A stretch of DNA of 64,000 bases from Patescibacteria group bacterium (GTDB lineage Bacteria > Patescibacteriota > Patescibacteriia > JAQUQO01): positions 942 to 64,941 of the forward strand of contig JAQUQO010000001.1 of NCBI GenBank assembly GCA_028716045.1. The letters run 5' to 3'. Below the pieces are notes generated by a model. It did no database searches. It was not told where the DNA came from and saw only the letters and a list, made by a program, of their open reading frames with translations. The position numbers were made by a program, and so were the translations under genes. This document shows, piece by piece, positions 58,508-64,000 of this stretch (the first letter of the stretch is position 1; each line of letters opens with the position of its first letter).

Positions 58508-59281
58508 ATGGGAGAAAAGTATTTGTCTGATGTGAAGGAAGTAGTGGAGCGGCTTAATAGTAAAGATGCTAAGAATTTTCACCGTAAACTTCAAGCATTG
58601 TTAAACCCTAAGGGTGGAACCAAGTTCTTGCCCGGCGGCATTATCACTCCAGAGTTCTATGAGGAAGAATTCGGGATTGCGGTCGGTCCCCGGCTTACTG
58701 ATGAGCAGGCGGCGAAGCTCGAAAAATACGGCTTCCGCATTCTGTTCATCCCGGCTATCACCGAGGATAAATATCCCGAATCGTTTTCCAAGCCGGAATG
58801 GGGGAGGTATCTCAATATCGCCGATATCAAGCGCCAGCCCCTACCCGGTCGTTTCGTGGCCATAGAAACCATTGCCAAGCCGAACTGGGACGACCCAAAC
58901 GGCTATCCCGATGACAAGCTCGGGCAAGTCCTTGGCCTTAAAAGCCGTTTCGGAGTGAGCTGGGATGAACTGTACGGCAAAGATGGTATTCTCGCCAAAG
59001 CCGCGCAAGTTCTTGGCTTCCCGTCGGAGCAGGTTCGCTCGCCATATGCGGAGGAGTATAATTTCGTTGGAAATATGTTTAATTACCTCCGCAATAAATT
59101 CAACGAGCCCCTGCCCGATTTAGGTAGCACCAACTCCTGGGAGTGGTGCGAGAACGTTTACGGTTCTAACTCCCGTCTTATTGGGGGTGGTCGCGAGCGC
59201 GGCGGGCTTGCGGGCGTGCACTGCCGCTGGCGTGGCACTCACGACGGCAACGTCGCTTTCCGCGTCCTCGTAGTTCTGTAG
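58508..59281 (+). CDS. Putative DGR target protein with C-terminal CLec-type variable region
   Basis: C-terminus SWEWCEN...GG...GGLAGVHCRWRGTHDGNVAFRVLVVL. ATG 58508 follows an AAGGAG SD, and the gene looks more GC-rich than its neighbours. Confidence 0.65.
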   Translation: MGEKYLSDVKEVVERLNSKDAKNFHRKLQALLNPKGGTKFLPGGIITPEFYEEEFGIAVGPRLTDEQAAKLEKYGFRILFIPAITEDKYPESFSKPEWGRYLNIADIKRQPLPGRFVAIETIAKPNWDDPNGYPDDKLGQVLGLKSRFGVSWDELYGKDGILAKAAQVLGFPSEQVRSPYAEEYNFVGNMFNYLRNKFNEPLPDLGSTNSWEWCENVYGSNSRLIGGGRERGGLAGVHCRWRGTHDGNVAFRVLVVL

Positions 59282-59305
59282 TCGCTTTAAAATTAAGAAT
59301 TTTTT

Positions 59306-59332
59306 AAAAAAGGACCAAACAAGGTCCTTTTT
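59306..59332. terminator. Hairpin after the putative DGR target (bidirectional terminator and/or DGR homing hairpin)
   Basis: aaaaaaggacc-aaacaa-ggtccttttt. Confidence 0.6.
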
Positions 59333-59336
59333 AATT

Positions 59337-59421
59337 TGGTGCCGATGGTGGGAGTTGAACCCACATGGATTGCTCCACACGATTTTGAGTCGTGCGTGTA
59401 TGCCAATTCCACCACATCGGC
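59337..59421 (-). tRNA. tRNA-Leu(CAA)
   Basis: GCCGATGTGGTGGAATTGGCATACACGCACGACTCAAAATCGTGTGGAGCAATCCATGTGGGTTCAACTCCCACCATCGGCACCA; long variable arm. Confidence 0.93.
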
Positions 59422-59477
59422 TGAATAATAGATTTTTAATATTCTTTTTCTTACTTTAATCCTCGTTTTATCGTTTT

Positions 59478-59505
59478 GTAGAGACGATTCATGAATCATT
59501 TCTAT
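59478..59505. repeat. GTAG-tagged REP-like palindrome
   Basis: gtagagacgattcatgaatcatttctat. Confidence 0.55.
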
Positions 59506-59555
59506 GTCTAAATATACAAATTACAGAAACGCAAATTTTTACGTCTTTACGGGTT

Positions 59556-59649
59556 AGTCGTGCGTGCCTGCCCCGTTAATTTGAGCGGAGCGAAAATTTT
59601 GCGGGGTATGCCAATTCCCTGCCTACCGGTAGGCAGGCACCACATCGGC
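59556..59649 (-). pseudogene. Duplicated 5' half of tRNA-Leu(CAA) with two palindromic insertions
   Basis: agtcgtgcgtg[59567-59606]tatgccaattc[cctgcctaccggtaggcagg]caccacatcggc equals 59388-59421 once the inserts are removed. Confidence 0.85.
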
Positions 59650-59884
59650 CTTTCGGTTCGCTCCGCTCACTCAAGACCTGATTAATATTAAACGTCATTT
59701 TTTCTAAATAATCTTGAGCGAATGGAATGAGTCGAAAGATTCCACCGCCTCGGCCTTTCGGTTCGTTCCGCTCACTCAAGACCTGATTAATATTAAACGT
59801 CATTTTTTCTGAATAATCTTGAGCGAATGGAATGAGTCGAAAGATTCCGCCGCCTCGGCCTTTCGGTTCGCTTCGCTCACTCAA
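59645..59884. repeat. 105-bp tandem repeat, about 2.3 copies
   Basis: Units start at 59645, 59750 and 59855 (tcggcctttcggttcg...). Each has an internal inverted REP-like pair and a tRNA-Leu-like 5' stub. Confidence 0.9.
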
Positions 59885-59912
59885 TCCCCGGCTAGATTTA
59901 CTAGTAAAAATC

Positions 59913-59941
59913 AGTTTATCACACTTTTTAACAATTGTCAA
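59913..59941 (-). promoter_or_regulatory. Promoter upstream of the tRNA-Leu stubs
   Basis: TTGACA-17 nt-TAAACT with TGn extension. Confidence 0.55.
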
Positions 59942-59982
59942 AACTTTAAAAAAGTAGTATATTAAAATAATATTGTTAAAAT

Positions 59983-60753
59983 ATGGCGCAAGTTATTGCG
60001 GTAGTTAATCAAAAGGGCGGCGTGGGCAAGACCACCACTGCCATGAATTTGGGCGCTTATTTGGCGTTACTCGGAAAATTTGTTTTACTTATTGATTTAG
60101 ACCCGCAAGCCAACGCCACTTCTGGTTTGGGAGTCAATCACCGTGAATTACAGCAGGGTATTTACAATGTTCTGTTGGGGGAAGTGAAAATACGCGATAT
60201 TATTTTACCGACCAATCAAGAGGGTTATCGCCTGGCGCCTTCAACTATGGATTTGGCCGGTGCCAATATAGAATTGGTAAATTTAGAGGAGAGAGAATAT
60301 CGTTTGGCCCATGCCCTGGAAGAGGTGCGAGGTTCTTTTGATTATATTATCATTGATTGTCCGCCATCACTCGGTCTTTTAACCGTCAATGCCTTGACTG
60401 CCGCTGATTCGGTGATTATTCCGGTGCAGGCGGAGTATTACGCGTTGGAGGGCCTTGGCCAGTTGTTGGAAACAATCGGCTTGGTCAAAGAAAATTTGAA
60501 TCCAAAATTGGAAGTTTTAGGAGCATTGCTCACGATGTTTGACAGCCGCAATCGTTTGGCCAACGATGTTTTCAGTGAGTTGTACCAGTATTTTCCCAAT
60601 AAAATTTTTCGTTCCGTGATACCGCGGAGCGTTCGTCTGGCCGAAGCCCCGAGCCATGGCGCCACCATTTTGAATTATGATAGCGGGTCAAAAGCGGCAA
60701 AATGTTATGAAAAATTTGCCAAAGAATTATTAGAAATAATGGAGCAATATTAA
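59983..60753 (+). CDS. parA: ParA/Soj ATPase
   Basis: NQKGGVGKTTT, IDLDPQANAT, IDCPPSLG, LAEAPSHG. Confidence 0.95.
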   Translation: MAQVIAVVNQKGGVGKTTTAMNLGAYLALLGKFVLLIDLDPQANATSGLGVNHRELQQGIYNVLLGEVKIRDIILPTNQEGYRLAPSTMDLAGANIELVNLEEREYRLAHALEEVRGSFDYIIIDCPPSLGLLTVNALTAADSVIIPVQAEYYALEGLGQLLETIGLVKENLNPKLEVLGALLTMFDSRNRLANDVFSELYQYFPNKIFRSVIPRSVRLAEAPSHGATILNYDSGSKAAKCYEKFAKELLEIMEQY

Positions 60754-60754
60754 T

Positions 60755-61639
60755 ATGTCAATACGAGGGGGACTGGGCAGGGGATTAAGTTCGCTTATTC
60801 CCAGTCGTTCCAATAAAGAAAAAGAGCCAGTCGCAACCAAAGAGGCCTCTTTCCGCTCACACTCTTTGCCGGAAGACGGTGAGAGAATTTTTCAATTGCC
60901 AGTAACGGATATTTCTCCCAACCCCGCCCAGCCGCGCCAGGATTTCGGCCATCAGGCCCTTGAAGATTTAGTTAATTCCATAAAAGAACATGGTATCATT
61001 CAGCCGCTCATTGTCACAAAAAAAGGAGAGGGGTATGAATTGGTCACCGGTGAAAGGCGTTTACGGGCAGCCAAAATCGCCGGCTTGAAAAAAGTTCCGG
61101 CCATAATTCGCACCGCCCAGGGCCAGGAAAAGTTAGAGTTGGCTTTGATAGAAAATGTTCAGAGGCAAGACCTTAATCCGATGGAAGAAGCCGTGGCCTA
61201 CAAAAGATTGAGTGATGAATTCGGCCTGACACAGGAAGAAGTGGCGAAAAAAGTCGGGAAAAGCCGTCCGGTCGTGGCTAATTCCTTACGTCTGCTTTCT
61301 TTACCGGAAGAAATAAAAAAGTTTTTGCGCGCCGGCAAATTGAGCGAGAGTCATGCCCGGATAATTCTTCAATTACCAAATGAAAAAGAACAGTTAAAAT
61401 TCGTCAGAAAAATTTTAAAAGACGAACTCTCGGTGCGCGCTTCCGAAGAGGCGGTGCGGTCGGTGACGGTGAAAAGTCATGTCCGGCGAGTTGACTCCAA
61501 TTTAGCGGCCTATGAAGAAGAATTGCGCCACGCCTTAGGGGCGAAAGTTAATATTAAAAAAAGCGGCCAGGGCGGCCGAATAGTGATTGAATATTACTCC
61601 GAAGAAGAATTAAGCGATATTATTTCCAAAATTATTTAA
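60755..61639 (+). CDS. parB: ParB/Spo0J partition protein
   Basis: GLGRGL, NPAQPR, GERRLRA, LIENVQRQDLN, HTH. Confidence 0.95.
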   Translation: MSIRGGLGRGLSSLIPSRSNKEKEPVATKEASFRSHSLPEDGERIFQLPVTDISPNPAQPRQDFGHQALEDLVNSIKEHGIIQPLIVTKKGEGYELVTGERRLRAAKIAGLKKVPAIIRTAQGQEKLELALIENVQRQDLNPMEEAVAYKRLSDEFGLTQEEVAKKVGKSRPVVANSLRLLSLPEEIKKFLRAGKLSESHARIILQLPNEKEQLKFVRKILKDELSVRASEEAVRSVTVKSHVRRVDSNLAAYEEELRHALGAKVNIKKSGQGGRIVIEYYSEEELSDIISKII

Positions 61640-61642
61640 TTT

Positions 61643-61683
61643 AAAAAATCTCCGCCGGTTATCTTTTTTAGCGGAGATTTTTT
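61643..61683. terminator. Bidirectional terminator
   Basis: aaaaaatctccgc...gcggagatttttt between convergent parB and rel. Confidence 0.65.
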
Positions 61684-63118
61684 ATTTTTCCTTGAGGGCG
61701 GTCTTGATTTTACCTTTGGCGTTATGAGTTTTAATGAATTTCAGCCAATCCCTGTTGGGCAATTTTCTTTTTTTATCAACGATAATTTCCACCACGTCGC
61801 CGCTGTTTAAAGGAGTGTCCAAACTGGCGATTTGGTCATTGATTTTCGCGCCGTTGCATTTATTGCCAATGTCAGTATGGACATAATAGGCGAAATCTAC
61901 CGGCGTGGAACGTTCAGGAAGGTCAATAACATCGCCTTTGGGAGTGAAGACAAAGATGCGGTCCTGAAAAACGTCTATTTTTAAGGATTCCAAAGATTCC
62001 AAAAATTTTTCTTTGGTCTCCATTTCTTTTTGTATTTTGGCCAACTCCTGAACCCAGGATAATTTTTTATCCGGCACGATTGACCCCTTTTCATCATAAT
62101 GCCAGTGGGCGGCGATACCCCACTCGGCCTCTTCATGCATTTCTTGCGTGCGTATCTGCACCTCCACAATTTCTCCGTCTGGAGAAAATACAGTTGAATG
62201 AAGCGACTGGTAGCCGTTCGGTTTGGGCTGGGCGATATAATCTTTAATGCGTCCTTTCAAAGGACGGAACATAGTGTGGATGACGCCGAGAACGGTGTAG
62301 CATTCGGGTATGTCGCGGACGATAATGCGGCAGGCAACGAGGTCATAGACGCGCGAGATGTCTTTATCAAGGCGCAGTAATTTTTTATATAAACTGTACA
62401 AATGTTTTGTCCGGCCGTGGACAGAAATGTATTTAAATCCCTGCTTAGTCAATTCTTTTTTTATCAGCCGGATCACTTTTTTTAGATGTTTTTCTTTTTC
62501 GCCGTAGGTGCTGGCGATTAGTTTCTTGAGCCATTTATATTCTTGCGGATAAACATAAGGGAAGGAAAGGTCTTCCAGTTTTCCTTTGAGCTCGCCCATG
62601 CCAAGACGGTTGGCAATCGGCGCATAAATCTCCAGGCTTTCGCGGGCGATGCGCAGTTGCTTGACGGGGGGCTGGTATTTAAGAGAAGTCAAATTATGGA
62701 TGCGGTCAGCGAATTTAATAACCACTACTCGTAAATCCGCGGCCATCGCGATGAACATTTTTCTCAAATTTTCCACGTAACGCTCTATGCCGCGGTATTT
62801 TATTTTACCCAATTTAGTAATGCCGGCAACCATGGAGGCGATGTCTTTGCCAAAATTATCCTGAATATCCTTGATGGTATATTTAGTATCTTCGGGAATA
62901 TCATGAAGCAGTCCGGCAATAATAATGGGAATAGGCGATTTCATTTCTGCCAGAATAATGGCCGTGGCCAGAGGATGTCCGATATAGTCCTCGCCGGACA
63001 ATCTTTTTTGTCCCCGATGGGCTTTTTCCGCGAATTCATAGGCCAATTCAATCATATCCAAATCGGCGCCCGGGTCATTGGTTCTGATGATGTTAGTCAG
63101 TTGGTTTAATGTCTGCAT
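61682..63118 (-). CDS. rel: RelA/SpoT homolog (HD + synthetase + TGS; no ACT)
   Basis: AHRGQKR.SGE.Y..HP, LLHD..EDT, GYQSLH, EVQIRT, TPVDFAY.VHT. Confidence 0.93.
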   Translation of the reverse strand: MQTLNQLTNIIRTNDPGADLDMIELAYEFAEKAHRGQKRLSGEDYIGHPLATAIILAEMKSPIPIIIAGLLHDIPEDTKYTIKDIQDNFGKDIASMVAGITKLGKIKYRGIERYVENLRKMFIAMAADLRVVVIKFADRIHNLTSLKYQPPVKQLRIARESLEIYAPIANRLGMGELKGKLEDLSFPYVYPQEYKWLKKLIASTYGEKEKHLKKVIRLIKKELTKQGFKYISVHGRTKHLYSLYKKLLRLDKDISRVYDLVACRIIVRDIPECYTVLGVIHTMFRPLKGRIKDYIAQPKPNGYQSLHSTVFSPDGEIVEVQIRTQEMHEEAEWGIAAHWHYDEKGSIVPDKKLSWVQELAKIQKEMETKEKFLESLESLKIDVFQDRIFVFTPKGDVIDLPERSTPVDFAYYVHTDIGNKCNGAKINDQIASLDTPLNSGDVVEIIVDKKRKLPNRDWLKFIKTHNAKGKIKTALKEK

Positions 63119-63152
63119 AAAGCTAACATAATTATATAAAAATATAAAGGTC

Positions 63153-63181
63153 TTGACAAATTTTTAAAATTATGTTATCCT
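63153..63181 (+). promoter_or_regulatory. Promoter with no obvious downstream gene
   Basis: TTGACA-17 nt-TATCCT with TGn extension. Confidence 0.45.
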
Positions 63182-63223
63182 ATATTTGTGAATGTTCAAG
63201 GGTTAAAATCCTAGAGAGACAGG

Positions 63224-63255
63224 AAAAACTCCCCGACTTTGGTCAGGGAGTTTTT
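63224..63255 (+). terminator. Terminator-like hairpin
   Basis: aaaaactccccgac-tttg-gtcagggagttttt. Confidence 0.6.
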
Positions 63256-63338
63256 CTGTTTTTGATACTTCGCGTTTGTGGCGGGGCTAGGGACGTGTTA
63301 AGACGCAGAGGCCGTTTTGTGTGGCGAATACTCTTTTT

Positions 63339-63450
63339 TGTCATGGCGAGCAGTAGGTGAAGCGATCCTCAATACTTTATAAAACATTACGGCATTGTAT
63401 TATAGATTGCTTCGCTCATCCCGCCATGGCGGGATTCACTCACAAAGACA
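63339..63450. repeat. Degenerate GTCA-type REP doublet with nested atcccgccatggcgggat palindrome
   Basis: tgtcatggcgag...gaagcgatc ... gattgcttcgctc[atcccgccatggcgggat]tcactcacaaagaca. Confidence 0.6.
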
Positions 63451-63626
63451 TTAGTTATGTTAATTTAAAGTTTTTTTGTAGGTAATCTTTTTAAACTGTG
63501 GGTCTTGAAAAAAGTCGTAAATATGATAAAATAAATACATGGTGGGCCATGAGCAAAACCCTGAGCATTCACAATGTCATTTAGGGAATCTCCTCTGGCT
63601 CACCTGAAGAATAATAATTTTTATAT

Positions 63627-63815
63627 ATGTTGGAAAAACTTACCCAAAAAGAACTTGAGAAAAAGAAAGGGGAGAGAGAAGAAGAAATAAGCAAAAGACC
63701 GCCGAATCAGTTAGATGAAGAATTGGATGACTTAAGAAAAGAACAGAATCCTGATAAATATAAAAATCCGGAAATTCGGAAAAATAAAAAAATACAACCA
63801 GAGCTACAAAATTAA
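63627..63815 (+). CDS. Small charged hypothetical protein
   Basis: 62-aa ORF with an upstream promoter-like site and a downstream terminator. Confidence 0.45.
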   Translation: MLEKLTQKELEKKKGEREEEISKRPPNQLDEELDDLRKEQNPDKYKNPEIRKNKKIQPELQN

Positions 63816-63844
63816 AAGAAGCCGCTTATCAAGCGGCTTCTTTT
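63815..63844. terminator. Bidirectional terminator
   Basis: aaagaagccgctt-atc-aagcggcttctttt overlapping both stop codons. Confidence 0.7.
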
Positions 63845-64000
63845 GAATAATGACACTCTTTATTAGAGCAGATGATTTTTTTCTTGGCGCCATAAACGAG
63901 CAGATGCTGACACTCGGGACATTTTTCGCCGGTGGGTTTTTGCCAGAGAGCGAATTTACATTGGGGATAGCGGTTGCAGGAATAAAATAAACGTCCGCGT
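63829..64000 (-). CDS. topA: DNA topoisomerase I, C-terminal zinc ribbons (partial, runs off the window)
   Basis: Hand translation: RGRLFYSCNRYPQCKFALWQKPTGEKCPECQHLLVYGAKKKIICSNKECHYSKEAA*. Confidence 0.8.
   Translation of the reverse strand, partial: RGRLFYSCNRYPQCKFALWQKPTGEKCPECQHLLVYGAKKKIICSNKECHYSKEAA

Noticed and set aside
59645-59884. CRISPR array
   Set aside because: The units are near-identical over all 105 bp with no unique spacers, and no cas genes are in the window.
59576-59941. 121-aa minus-strand ORF with internal repeats
   Set aside because: It is a translation of the tandem repeat, palindromes and tRNA stub; 105 is simply a multiple of 3.
57500-59950. Prophage or classical integrative island at the tRNAs
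   Set aside because: No integrase, recombinase, transposase or phage structural genes in the interval.
59983-61639. parS site near parAB
   Set aside because: No TGTTTCACGTGAAACA-like palindrome was seen by eye.
1-64000. Alternative genetic code (TGA recoding)
   Set aside because: Conserved genes translate full-length in table 11 with TGG for Trp, and TGA acts as a stop (26258, 11387, topA).

Overview
Bacterial chromosomal window, translation table 11, with most genes on the + strand. It is very probably Patescibacteria/CPR (Parcubacteria-like), inferred from the missing rpmD, split comEC, extended ribosomal proteins, short AspRS and Rel, and mostly SD-less starts. Left part (1-30 kb): a CotH kinase/VTC/DUF4956/GT-C-like cluster, surface proteins including a 2789-aa repeat-mosaic fibre-like protein, comEC, ndk, tRNA-Pro, and a GIY-YIG gene bracketed by REP-like doublets. 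Middle (30-49 kb): rpmB, the str-S10-spc ribosomal protein cluster, secY, adk, map. Right part (49-64 kb): recO, asnS, aspS, scpAB, a tRNA cluster (two Met-CAT, Leu-CAA), parAB, rel and the 3' end of topA. Most notable: (i) two tRNA genes are each preceded by a copy of their own 5' half that is exact once precisely inserted short palindromes are removed, and in one case a small GIY-YIG gene lies between the copies and reads into the intact tRNA; (ii) a set of 12-40 bp palindromes recurs nested in terminators, REPs and tRNA fragments with no visible target duplication; (iii) a likely remote diversity-generating retroelement (DGR) target gene sits between the tRNAs; (iv) the CotH-VTC-DUF4956 module. 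All calls come from reading the sequence by eye; no searches were run.
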